A DNA stretch of 64,000 nucleotides from assembly GCA_964016885.1 (NCBI GenBank), contig OZ024742.1, forward strand, positions 53,754,001 through 53,818,000, given 5' to 3'. Positions within the stretch are counted from its first letter, which is position 1, and each line of letters starts with the position of its first letter. Position numbers and translations under genes: made by a program. Positions 15,881 to 28,358 of the stretch are shown here, piece by piece. Below the pieces are notes generated by a model, which worked only from the letters and a program-made list of their open reading frames with translations, had not been told where the DNA came from and did not search any database. The stretch is from Eledone cirrhosa. Taxonomy: Eukaryota.

Positions 15881-16515
15881 GGCTTCAGAGTTAAGAATAA
15901 AGTAAAAGAGTGTTTTCGCGTATGCTTGTGTATGTACGTATATGGATGCGTGTATGTATTTATTTAATTTCAATTACCTCTGTATTTTATTTACGTTATT
16001 CTTAACTCTGAAGCCGAGAATCATTCGGTTTCCTAGTTAGAATTTTAGTCTACGACTTCAGTTATACCATTTACGTGGTTTTGTCTTTGCGTGCAATTGT
16101 TCTCCCCGGTCCACATAATGACGTATTTTCTTCGTTTTTTCCGTCCATTGCCAGAGAACGTCTCCATGAACCACCTAATAGAATATTAGTCTACGACTTC
16201 TTTTATACCATAAACGTGGTTTTGTCTTTGCGTGTAATTGTTTTTCACCGCTCCAAATAATGACGTATTATCTTCATTTTTTCACGTTCTCTGCCAGGAA
16301 ACGTTTCCAAGAACCAAAGTATCGTCTTCCTGTCTTCCTCCGGTTGCAACGGTTTTTCGAAATATTTATTTCTGCGTTCACAGATTGACTTTTTTAGTTT
16401 CAGTAGATCCCGTTAAGGGTGAAAGCAGCGATTCTTTCTTAAGCTTTAATCTGTTATTTTAATAAATATTTGCTCTACGGTTCTTATATATTTAATATAT
16501 ATTTATCCTTATCGT
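15880..16515 (+). mobile_element. 3' non-coding end of PLE family B, preceded by a ~30-bp inverted piece, truncating the Helitron
   Basis: Reverse complement of about 58100-58690. cggcttcagagttaagaataa at 15880 is the inverse of about 15996-16016. HHR-like motif at 16396-16446. Confidence 0.8.
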
Positions 16516-16535
16516 GTGTATATAAGTATATATAT

Positions 16536-16631
<96 letters not shown>

Positions 16632-16786
16632 ATATATACTTATACATATATATACATGTATTCAGCGCAAACGTATGTTAAGGTTTATTTAGTTCGGGTT
16701 TTTATTTTCTAAATTAGAATGTGTTATGTGTGTGTGTATGTGTCTGTTTAGATGGTTAGCATGTTATGGTGTTGACATAATGTATA

Positions 16787-16970
16787 TTAAACCATATTTA
16801 ATGCTGGTCTATATTTTTGAATAAACATATTTTCCTTATTTATTCGTATTTGTTCTGTTGTATTGTCAGCGCAAAGGTAAAATGGGAAGACTTGGAATTT
16901 GGGTGTCTCATTACTTGCGCATATGTCTAGATGTGCACTTAGTGGTATCTGTCTCGTGGCGCACACTGTG
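16787..16970 (-). pseudogene. C-terminal fragment of a PLE GIY-YIG endonuclease
   Basis: RQIPLSAHLDIC...FQVFPFY...RINKENMFIQKYRPALN matches the R..KE..FI....P.LN end of PLE endonucleases. Confidence 0.7.
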
Positions 16971-17084
16971 TGGTACACACACACACACACAAGCACACAA
17001 ATAAACATACATATATCTACTTTCTTTATTTCAATAGAAAGTCTGAATTCTGACACCTCAGCGAACCAGCCATATTCACTGAAT

Positions 17085-17830
17085 AAGAACAATTCTCCCA
17101 TCCCATTTCTCTTGACCATTATCTTTTGTTTGTCATAAAATTCTCTAAAAGGCTACAAAATAAATTCCCAAATACGGGCGCGAATTTAATGAACTTGTTC
17201 ACGTGACAGTATTAATTTTATTTATAACCAATCAAATTACATTTATTAAAAAAAAGCCTTTGTGAGCCACTTTTTTTAAGTAAAAAGAAATTCAAACAAA
17301 TTGACGCGAAACCTGATGTGCTTATTCACGTGACTGCATCAACCAACCAAACTTCACTCATATATGAAAACCAACCTGCCATATTAACTGAACTAGAACA
17401 ATTCCCCCCATCCCATTTCTCTTGACCATTATCTTTTGTTTGTCATAAAATTCTCTAAAAGGCTACAAAAAAGGCTACAAAATAAATTCCCAAATACGGG
17501 CGCGAAATTTAATGAACTTGTTCACGTGACAATCATAATTTCATTTATAACAAATCAAATTATATTTTAAAAAAAGCCCTCGTGAGCCCCTTTTTTTTAA
17601 GTAAAAAGAAATTCAAACAAACTGGCGCGAAAGCTGATGTGCTTATTCACGTGACTGCATCAACCAACGAAACTTCACTCATACATGAAAAAACAACCTG
17701 AGGCCCCCCCCCTTGTTTGAAGAACTTTGTAACGCGAACTGGCGCGAAATTTATTATACTTATTGACCAACCAATCAAATTACTTCTCTAAAAACCTGGC
17801 GTTTTGAGCCACTTTTTTCCATATAAAACA
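17085..17830 (+). promoter_or_regulatory. Duplicated (~310 bp) promoter-like array of E2F-like, E-box and CCAAT motifs ending in a TATA-like box
   Basis: G(G/A)CGCGAA near 17178, 17303, 17499, 17624, 17741. CACGTGAC near 17199, 17327, 17523, 17648. CCAATCA near 17228 and 17771. ATATAAAA at 17821. Confidence 0.5.
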
Positions 17831-17890
17831 AGTAACATTCAAAGACCAACCAGATGTGAGAAAAACCACGGGCCCTCCATCTTAATCCTA

Positions 17891-17926
17891 CTTTTGAAAA
17901 GCAGAAGAACTGCGAAACCGGTAAAG
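17891..17926 (+). ncRNA. Minimal type I hammerhead, U3:A8 variant
   Basis: ctt | TTGAAAA | gcag-aagaa-ctgc | GAAA | CCGG | TA | aag, then AATAAA. Palindromic stem III ACCGGT. Confidence 0.75.
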
Positions 17927-18058
17927 GAACCAAATAAATATATATATTCTTTTAAAAACAAGACTCCAGTTGCATTTTCGATTTCATCTTTTTTCTTTAT
18001 ACTTTCACTCGTGTAGGACACCTCGGTTATTTTTCATTTTGTACAAAAACCTCACTTT

Positions 18059-18134
<76 letters not shown>

Positions 18135-21100
18135 TGTACACATATGTATATATATATATGTACACACACATATATATATTTATGTATATATGTATTTATA
18201 TATATATGTATGTTTATATATGTATTTATATACAGATATGTTTGTATATACGTATATATTGAAAAGCAATTCAACATTTATAGAAATTGTTTATCACCTC
18301 TAATTAGAAATGATCAGGTCTATATTTTTGTATTTGTTGCAAATTTAAGGATATTTGAATGCATTTTAATTTGAGACCTGCTGTTATTTGAATTTCAGAA
18401 ATATTGTTTTCGGAACATTCTGTTGTATTTCCTATCCATTTGATACCAAACCGCCAGAAACCACCCTGGTTTAATGATAAGAATAACTCATTTTATCATG
18501 TTCAAACTTCATAAAAAGTTTCTGTCCTAATTTTATTTACGAAATATTTCTGACGTAATGTTTCAAAGAAGGGCTTACGAATGGAAAAGATAGTTCTTTC
18601 ATTATATTCTTCACATTTTCAAAATTAATTGATACCCAAGTGGAGTGTATTTCTTTAGAAATACGATCGCAAAGGAGTTAAAGTGAAATAAGAGATCAAA
18701 ATGTGGCGAAGTGACAAATGAACAACGTGACAATAAATATAATTAAGTAGCCTATAGGAGAATGCATCGTATTTCTATGTAAGGTAAATATGTTGAGATA
18801 TTTCACCCCCAAAGAAGGTGACATTTACAAGCTTATATTTGTTAAAAGGTTAACGCATTCACATTGAAACACTACACACAAACATAACATATCGATGCGT
18901 CGGGCAGATTGAAAATAATTGTAACTGCAATCGATTTCTTAAAAGATCTGTTAAAATACCGAGTTCAATTCTTCGTAGCTGCTAGGCCCTCTTTTCGTCT
19001 ATTGCAATCGACTATGGTTACAGTTATTGTTATATACATGGGCTGATATAGCCTCATAAAATGAAGGTGTTCACTCTAACATAGCTGTATCCTAGAGTCA
19101 GAAACGTTGTTAGTCATCGACAGTTACCCGCCCTTGTGCAGGCTTGAATCTACTAGCTGGAGCTAAGTCATCAGTTGCCAATATTCATAGCTCAAGGCTT
19201 TCAAAATGTTTCACCTTAAATATACTGTAAATCGCTAGATATACAAAATACTCATATATACATATATAAATATAAATAGGAACAGAAAAAAGAATTACTT
19301 AATTCACTTCATCTAATTTATTAGCCCAACACCCCGTTGGCAGGAAAACCTTTGAATTCTCATAAACGCCATAAACTTTCATACCACCCAATAAAACTGA
19401 ATTTCGAACAAATTATAGCTAACATCAGCCACCACAACATAAGAAAAAAAGCACAAAACACCTAACAAACATCCAACTGCATTCAAATGTCTAGCCAATA
19501 ACATTAGCTAACGAGCTATGGTAACTATTATAAACACCCTTCACCATCCTGTACTATACATCAGCCTAACAAAAATACCTTTACAAAATTTGCTATTATA
19601 TCACCATTTGATCTGTAACATAAACAGGAAACTATGGCAGTTTCCATCTAACAATAGATGGACACTGAAATGTAATGACATACACGACAACATAAATAAA
19701 AATATATAGCTTTTGCTCCCCCTTAAAATGGCAATAACAGGTTTTCCCAATTTGACCAGCGCTAGTTTAAATTTCAATAATTATATTCACGGAATGCACG
19801 GAAACGTTTATTTAAATGAAAGTTCAAACGTAAATGGCAAGCATGTAAATATCCACTACTACGGTAGCTGGTGGTAAATTTTTACCACACCCATTTACGA
19901 ATTATTGTTTGCGTGTATAAAGCAAAAATATCTTTATCTACATGGAATGTATTTAAAACACATGGTGCTTTAAGTATACATGAATAATTTCCCCTTTTTG
20001 TTGATTTTATTTGGTTGAATATATAATTAATTTTCCTTTCGATTAGAATAAAGTGTATCCTTAAACATTTATGTAAAATATATATTAAACCGTCTTGACT
20101 TTAGTTCAACAATTGTCTTTAATAATAGAACAACGGATATATGTTTCACAGTGCAGTAGAACTAAATCAGATGTATTTATATGGCTTGACTATGATGGAT
20201 GTGTTTCCTCAAATCCTGGTCTGGCGAAGAAATAGAATAATAAATGAGGTTTCCTATAACTTCCCACTGAATAATCGATTAGCATTGTTTTCGCTACTAT
20301 ACCATTCAACTATACAATTGATAAATATTTGGTTGGGATGTAACTATATAAATCAATAGCACTCCAGTAATTTGGCAATTAGTAAGTTCAAATGAATAAA
20401 TAGGTACATCAATCGATTTATAACTTTCTACATTGCAATTTCCTAATACCTACGACGTATCCAATTCAATGTCTAAATTAAATGTGTTTATACTACTTTA
20501 TAATACTAAATCATTCAGTCCAAACCGCGATGTCGATAAACGACAGGGAAATCTTAATTGTGATCGTTTCCAGAGGCGAATTTAAATGATTAGATACACC
20601 AGCTGAAGTTTGTCGACCTCCTCGTGGTGGGATCTGGAACTTAGTCACTGAGCTCTGATATATATATCAGGCAAACGACATTAACCTGTGATCATCTCAA
20701 ACGCAAGAAGAAGATCGGGCTGACTCTGACTAAATAGGTAACGCTGAGTAGAAAAACTCATACAGCATTATGTGTTAAATTTGCTCGTGCATATTAAATA
20801 TACCTTAACAAAGTGTTGAAATGCCATATTATTAACAAACGTATAATATATCAACGTAAAATTCAAATGAAATATGTATATAAAATTCGTCGCTGCAGAT
20901 GACACCCATCATCTCAATACCACTACGTGGTATATGTTGGTTGTTGTTTCAATGAGAGGGTTGGGGTATGGTTTTGAAGGACGTGTTTGATTTTTACTTT
21001 ATCTTGTGCGGTGAGGTCGGATGAGGGATGTGAATGTAGATTATACGGATTGCGTTTACTTGGTTTTGTCGATAACATTGGATTGATGTAGAATTGTTTA

Positions 21101-21149
21101 CATTCAAGTTAAGGCAATTGTCAGTTAAGGCAATTCAATTTAAGGCAAT

Positions 21150-21280
21150 TGTGGACTAAGCTTGATACCGTATTGACAGAGCCTGACACCGTGTGTATTG
21201 AGCATGATGTCATGTTGAGTGAGCTTGACACTGTGTACCAGACTTCGATATCATGTGAACTGAGTTTGATACCGTGTGGT
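21150..21280. repeat. Degenerate 21-bp minisatellite (~6 units), preceded by three ~15-bp ttaaggcaatt units
   Basis: gtggactaagcttgataccgt / attgacagagcctgacaccgt / gttgagtgagcttgacactgt / gtgaactgagtttgataccgt. Confidence 0.7.
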
Positions 21281-21491
21281 CGATTGATATTTCATTTGTT
21301 TGAGTTCATGGATAGCACTGGATTAGTTTGCCTCTGTTTATGTTAAGTTAAGGAATTTCATTTTATTTCAATATTTCAATGAAATCACGTGGGGGCATAT
21401 GTACTATGGCTGACTGTTTGTGACTTGAGATATGTATTGCAAAGCTATGATGATGTTTGACGAACACACACACATACAATATATATATATA

Positions 21492-21941
21492 TAAATTTAT
21501 TTAGGTTTGTTGGTCATTCCGTATGGTCAACCTCGATATAATATTATGGAGAGCACTCAACGTAATGCAACTCACCCGTCTTCGTTTGTGTAGTTAGTGG
21601 TGCGAGTACGGAATTAATTAGTAGAATAACAGGAGGCTGGACTGGTGTAAATTCCTTGAAAGGTTTATTATACTATGATCATTTCAATGACCGGGTTCAG
21701 TATGAATCCGGTGACATCATCAGGTATTCAGAATATAACAAAGGAATATAATAGACAAAATCCATGGGGCTGAAAATCAGAGACACGAGGGCGACCGAAC
21801 ACTTTTGTCTATTATATTCCGTTGTTATATTCTGAATACCTGATGATGTCACCGGATTCATACTGAACCCGGTCATTGAAATGATCACAGTATAATAAAC
21901 CTTTCAAGGAATTTATACCAGTCCAGCCTTCTGTTATTCTA
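21492..21941. mobile_element. Fold-back HHR element: 139-bp inverted arms (21622-21760 / 21803-21941), 42-bp spacer
   Basis: Each arm carries atac|CTGATGA|..accgg..ccggt..|GAAA|TGATCA|TA|gtat pointing outward. The right copy has U16.1->C. Confidence 0.8.
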
Positions 21942-21958
21942 TAATATGTATATATATA

Positions 21959-22844
21959 TGAGATTTGTCCCAAGAGTAAGGGAACTGATGTTTTATTTAA
22001 ATGTATATTAGCTGTACATTAAATTACAAGTTATCTCATTCAAGATATGACGCAGTGGTTCTAACCTTTTGTCCATTGATAGTAGTAGTATAGGAAGTCA
22101 TTTTATTTGAGTATCCTTATCTCGTCGGTTACAATGTTTTGTATGGTTTCTACCGTCCTAAAATGATGACCCTTGAACTTCGATTTCAACTTAGGGAAGT
22201 GGTATAAATCACATTGATCTAGATCTGGGTTGTAGGGAGGATCTGGAAGAGTGGGAATGATTTTCTTCATCAGAAATTCTCTAATTGAAAATGCTGTGTG
22301 AGCAGACAGGTTATCGTGGTACAGTACATCTGCAAATAGTCTGTCAAAACTCTGTGAACTACATTTCTATCCAAATCCGTTTCTTCTGCAATCATCCAAC
22401 CACTTAATCGGCAATCTTTCACCATCACCACTCACACCACTTCCCTATTTCGTTCATCTGTTGACGAGATTGACCTTATAGAACATTTTCTAGGCGCCAT
22501 TTAAAAGCTTTGTGTCACCCAAAAACCTTAATTCTCAAGCGAGTGACATCTCCATAAGCTTGTGTTAAAGAATTAAATATTTATGTGGCAGATTCGTTGA
22601 ATTTCACAAAAAAGTTTGATCACGTACCGTTGTTAGATATTTGCTTGATTCACAAACGTAATATGTTATGAACATGTCTGTACATAAACAACAATAACTC
22701 ACAACTAACTCAACCGATCATATTGAATCAAGTATGTAAATGCAACCAATGTCATAACCAACACGCCTATATACATCATCCAGGTGCTGGGTCCCCATGC
22801 CGTACATAGGTAAACTAGTAATCTTACTTTTGGGTCATATCTCA
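21959..22844 (-). mobile_element. Internally deleted Tc1/mariner relic
   Basis: Imperfect TIRs tgagatttgtcccaagagtaag / cttacttttgggtcatatctca flanked by TA. Minus strand about 22180-22245 reads PPYNPDLDQCDLYHFPKLKSKFKG (mariner YSPDL motif). Confidence 0.8.
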
Positions 22845-23211
22845 TATATACATATATAGATATTCTAACACACTTTTCAACATATCTGTATGGGCGTAAA
22901 CAACTGTGATGAAAGTTTATCTTCAAGGGTTTTAGATATCTATATGCTTATCTTAAGTTATAGGCCAAATTTGATATTTTTCAATTCATAGTAATCTATA
23001 TCGAATAAACTGGGAAGGTTATAGAATAGCAGATTGCACAGGTGATGAGAAAATGAGGCTTGGAATTCGATACAATTGCATGGCATCTTGGGTCCAGCTA
23101 AGACTTCAAAGTGAAATTAGATAAACGGTCGCAGCTTATATAGCAATTGAATGGCTTTTATATTTAATTCAATGATCCAATCATTTCAGGCTGACTCAAA
23201 CTTAAATCTCA

Positions 23212-23598
23212 ATGTCTCTGTTTAAACCACTTATCTATTCAACTGCTATAGTGTTAGTTGTTGATTGAACAACTGAAATCACCTCGCCATAAACGTGACA
23301 GGAGCTATCAAATCTAAAGCCATATATAAGCATCAATTTTTATTTGCAAAGATTGGCAAAGTTTCTGATATGTGAGAAAGAAACGGAATTTAAGGATTCA
23401 CTATTGATAAATAGAACCAAAAAATAGTCTGACTACCTCGGGTTTACAGAAGAAAATGTGAAAGAAATATCGAACCAGATCTTTACTTTTCACATGCACC
23501 TTTATATTAAGATGTCATTGAAATATCAATTCTCCAGCAAATTTCACCGAAATGTCATTTCATCAGCAACTACCTACAACTGTATTCCCATAAATGCA
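23212..23598. repeat. ~385-bp segment duplicated almost exactly at 36698-37077
   Basis: Direct comparison shows few substitutions and one small indel near the 5' end. Confidence 0.9.
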
Positions 23599-23907
23599 TA
23601 TATATATATATACCGAATGATAAGATTGTTCTGATTGTATACCAAACACAAGCATAGCCTAAACACTACTCATTGCAACTATAATTTCCATCCTAAAAAC
23701 GAAAATAATTTTTCTTTTATCATTTCTAAATCAACGTGTATTATTGGAATAGTCATGTTCAATTTGACATTCATAACAATTTTTAATGATTTTTTCGTTT
23801 CAAAGCTTCTTAATAAAACATGTTGTGACTTCTAGCAGACAGCTGCCGATGAAGGGAATGTCCGTGATTTTCACTCTCTGTCCATATAATGTGGGCTCTG
23901 ATATTGA

Positions 23908-23985
<78 letters not shown>

Positions 23986-24201
23986 ATATATGTATATATA
24001 TATTTATGTATTTGAAAAGAAACATTAACACAGCATTTATTGAATTCATCCACTGGCTTTCATTAGTAATGATCATTTTGTATTTTTGTATTACCGTTTA
24101 AAAGTATTTGATTGCATAATTTTCCTTACAGCATGTCAGTACGTGCAATTCAGATACATTGTCTTCAATATATTAAATTGAATTCAATGTAAAGTGAAAT
24201 T

Positions 24202-24321
24202 CTAAAATTGTAACCTGAAGAATCCAGTAGCTAATAGAACTGCCAGACCAACAATAACGGTTGATGTAATATTTAACAATTCTATTCTCCTGTTAGCAGG
24301 CTCGAATAGTTCATTGTTTTC
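24202..24321 (-). CDS. Possible terminal coding exon with hydrophobic C-terminus (TM or GPI signal)
   Basis: Pyrimidine tract plus CAG acceptor, then ENNELFEPANRRIELLNITSTVIVGLAVLLATGFFRLQF*. Upstream exons not linked. Confidence 0.3.
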   Translation of the reverse strand, partial: ENNELFEPANRRIELLNITSTVIVGLAVLLATGFFRLQF

Positions 24322-24479
24322 CTGATATATTGAGAGAAAAATGAATTCTGAAGAATAGAATGGTAGTGTATGAGAGAATATCCAGTCATTAATATTTGTT
24401 ACAAATTTTGAATTATGGATATCGCAACCAAACATACAAGCATACTTATACACATATTCAAACATACGCGCAAAGACAC

Positions 24480-24559
<80 letters not shown>

Positions 24560-24884
24560 ACACACACAGACCCCACCCTCACCCCCACCCACCCCACACA
24601 TATATATATATATATATATATATGTACATATACATGCTTACGAGTGCACATGCCTACCTTCCTACACACACATACCTCCGCTGATACATACATACTTACA
24701 AACATACATGTATGCAAACATAAATGCATATATAATATTTGCTCTACGGTTCTTATATATTTGATATATATTTATCTTTATCGAGCCATCTTTGGATTTT
24801 AGTCTTCAAATTTATTATTATTACTATATATATATATAGAAGTTGTTTTTCGTTAATTCCTGAGCTGAAATACGATTCTCGCTA

Positions 24885-24936
<52 letters not shown>

Positions 24937-24939
<3 letters not shown>

Positions 24940-25050
24940 TTGTAATAGAATGAAACGAAATTTCATTTCTCACCCTTAGTACGGCACTTACTTAAATGTA
25001 AGTATGTATGTATACGTACATACATATATGTATACAGACGTACAGTAGCA

Positions 25051-25108
<58 letters not shown>

Positions 25109-25535
25109 CAGGTACACATATATATATGTACGTATCAGTTTAGCGGACGTTTATTATAACGCCCGCTTTGTCCGTTTGTAAACAAGCGGACAGCCTGATT
25201 TATGCCATACGGTGTTAAGGCAACCACGTCACCTTTTTGTTCAACACTGACACAGGAACGATGTACTAGTTTCAAGCTTCTTAGCTATCATCAGCACCGT
25301 ATACCCTTCTGCCAGATAGTTGAACGTTCGAAAGTATATACTTTCCTTATGAAAATTAACGGCTGAGCAGCCTAATTTACATATCGAGTGAGTTCAGTCG
25401 GCCAGGCGTACCGAAAACGATAAGTTGTAATATAATGAAACGAAATTTCATTTCTCACTCTTAGTACGGCACTTACTTAAATGTAAGTATGTATGTATAC
25501 GTACATACATATATGTATACAGACGTACAGTAGTA

Positions 25536-25634
<99 letters not shown>

Positions 25635-25926
25635 GTACACATATATATATGTACGTATCAGTTTAGCGGACGTTTATTATAACGCCCGCTTTGTCCGTTT
25701 GTAAACAAGCGGAACTCACTCGATATGTAAATTAGGCTGCTCAGCCGTTAATTTTCATAAGGAAAGTATATACTTTCGAACGTTCAACTATCTGGCAGAA
25801 GGGTATACGGTGCTGATGATAGCTAAGAAGCTTGAAACTAGTACATCGTTCCTGTGTCAGTGTTGAACAAAAAGGTGGCGTGGTTGCCTTAACACCGTAT
25901 GGCATAAATCAGTCTGTCCGCTTGTT
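24937..25926. mobile_element. Non-coding HHR family C: ~1.6 tandem monomers (period ~485 bp, HHR on minus) plus an inverted 214-bp copy
   Basis: aagttgtaat at 24937 and 25422; inversion at 25713. HHR cggtg|CTGATGA|tagct-aaga-agctt|GAAA|CTAG|TA|catcg at about 25259-25299 (-) and 25808-25848 (+). Confidence 0.85.
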
Positions 25927-26611
25927 GGCACAAGGCCAGCAATTATCCCAATGTATTACTGGTACTTTATTTTATCGACCTCGTAGGGATGAAAGGCAAA
26001 GTTAACCTCGGCGGGATTTGAACTCATATACTATATATATATATATATATATATATAGTAATAATAATAAATTTGAAGTCTAAAACCCAAAGAGGGCTCA
26101 ATAAGGATTCTTTGCTTAAACTTTAATCTGTTATTTTAATAAATATATATATATATATATACGATATTAAATAAATGGAAACTATATTTATAAAACCATA
26201 TTTATTTCATTATACATATTTCAGGGATGCCAAATTAAAATATGGAATGCCTTCGTCAGATAAAATACAATATATAAACAGTTTTATAAATAATTTTGAC
26301 GTACCCTATTAGAAGCGACCATTATTTTTATCCAGACAGCTTCCAAAAATAATGGTCGCTTCTAATAGGGTACGTCAAAATTATTTATAAAACTGTTTAT
26401 ATATTGTATTTTATCTGACGAAGGCATGCCATATTTTAATTTGGGATCCCTGAAATATGTATAATGAAATAAATATGGTTTTATAAATATAGTTTCCATT
26501 TATTTAATATCGTATATATATATATATATTTATTAAAATAACAGATTAAAGTTTAAGCAAAGAATCCTTATTGAGCCCTCTTTGGGTTTTAGTCTTCAAA
26601 TTTATTATTAT

Positions 26612-26668
<57 letters not shown>

Positions 26669-26766
26669 TTCAAATCCCGCCGAGGTTAACTTTGCCTTTC
26701 ATCCCTACGAGGTCGATAAAATAAAGTACCAGTAATACACTGGGATAATTGCTGGCCTTGTGCCAA
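25925..26766. repeat. Composite palindrome, arms ~405-420 bp, 15-bp spacer (26330-26344)
   Basis: From the centre outward each arm has an HHR-like motif (CTGACGA..GAAA, 26415-26461), (TA)n, a PLE-B terminus fragment, (TA)n and a SINE 3' half. Confidence 0.88.
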
Positions 26767-26795
26767 AAGTAGAAACAATTATTATTAAACTCATG

Positions 26796-27016
26796 GGCGG
26801 TGGATTGGCAGTATCGGTAGAGGGTCAGACGCCATGTTAGGGCGGTAGATTGGCAGTATCGGTAGAGGGTCAGACGCCATGTTAGGGCGGTAGATTGGCA
26901 GTATCGGTAGAGGGTCAGACGCCATGTTAGGGCGGTAGATTGGCAGTATCGGTAGAGGGTCAGACGCCATGTTAGGGCGGTAGATTGGCAGTATCGGTAG
27001 AGGGTCGGACGCCATG
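26796..27016 (+). repeat. 5 x 45-bp tandem array of the SINE 5' head
   Basis: Unit gggcggtagattggcagtatcggtagagggtcagacgccatgtta matches the start of the SINE at 50427. Confidence 0.9.
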
Positions 27017-27249
27017 CTTTGATGCATAGAGTTACGCATGTGGTTGCGCCTTTCTTCGCTTCTTTAAATTGAATTTACTTAGTTTTCACCTTAATTACAT
27101 TTTCTAAAACGCTTATTTAATTTTCTCTCATTAACAATTCATGTTAAAGTACCAGTAATGCACTGGGTATTTGCTGGCCTTGTGCCAAAAGTAGAAACAA
27201 TTATTATTAAATTCATTAATACATTTACGTACCCGCTATGTTAGAGCAA

Positions 27250-27560
27250 AAAATCAAATTCTAATTTTGCTTTTAACTTTTGGCAAAGCCAGCCGTAAAT
27301 TCGCTCGGTATGTAAATTAGGCTAATCAGCCGATGTATACTTTAAAAAGTACTATATATTCTCAAGAGTTCTAGTTAATGGCAGACGAGAGATAGGCAAT
27401 CTTGACAAAAGGCAATAACCTAGAAATAATATTGTCTATTGTTTCTCTCTGTTGCCGCTAGAACAAAAGTATGGCGATGGACATCTAAAAAAAAACATAG
27501 TGTAATGAGGCTGTTTGCTTGCAAACGAATCGAATATTATTATTATTCGATATAAAACAC
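27250..27560 (+). mobile_element. Diverged relative of HHR family C with a U3:A8 hammerhead (27397-27441)
   Basis: atgtaaattaggctaatcagccg...tatata...caatc|TTGACAA|a agg-caataa-cct a|GAAA|taatattg|TC|tattg. Confidence 0.62.
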
Positions 27561-28099
27561 ACGAATACAACTATAAACTACCCATTCTACTAATAAAGTC
27601 AGTGTAGTGAGGCATTAATCAGTATAGCCTACTTCCAGGAAAACATGGCGTTACGTGCTAATCATTTTGAGCATCTCCCTAAATACACAGTTTTTTCGTC
27701 ACGCTTCTATATTGCTTTCAGCAATAAAATGTAAATGGCTCAATTATTTAACATGACAAGCTGTTTTTATAGGAAAATTATTTTACGGGAATCGTCTTTA
27801 ATTTGTGGTTGCGTCTTTCTTCGCTTCTTTAAATTGAGTTAATTTAGTTTTCACCTTAATTGCATTTTCTAAAACGCTTATTTAATTCCCCCTCATTAAC
27901 AATTCATGCTTGTCGAACTGACGTATCACTCATTATAAGTCAGTGTGATATTAATAATCCCTTCTTAACTATTCTATTTAGTTTCACTCTACATCTCATT
28001 CTTTTCACAATTTCATAGCTTCTATAAACTTTCGAATGAGCTTTCCTGTCATGCTTCTGACTAATTTAGTAATATCCACATTTTTATAGTTGCAGAAAT

Positions 28100-28130
<31 letters not shown>

Positions 28131-28231
28131 CATGCACGTGAGAAAGAGAGAATCCATTTCTTATTGAGCAAGTAAATATATGCCATGTATTGCTCTACGT
28201 CTATAAATAATATGCTTGGGGTTTTATAATA

Positions 28232-28281
<50 letters not shown>

Positions 28282-28311
28282 TATATATATATATATATAT
28301 ATATGCATAAT

Positions 28312-28358
<47 letters not shown>

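Noticed and set aside
18950-19080. Possible minus-strand exon
   Set aside because: All three frames hit stops between the candidate splice sites.
23530-23570. CTGATGA...GAAA on the minus strand of the duplicated segment
   Set aside because: Stem II does not close next to GAAA, and no stem III/NUH/stem I can be formed.
26791-27039. Repeat protein (MASDPLPILPIYRPN)n or CRISPR-like array
   Set aside because: Head-to-tail 45-bp SINE-head repeats with no unique spacers and no cas genes, in eukaryotic context.
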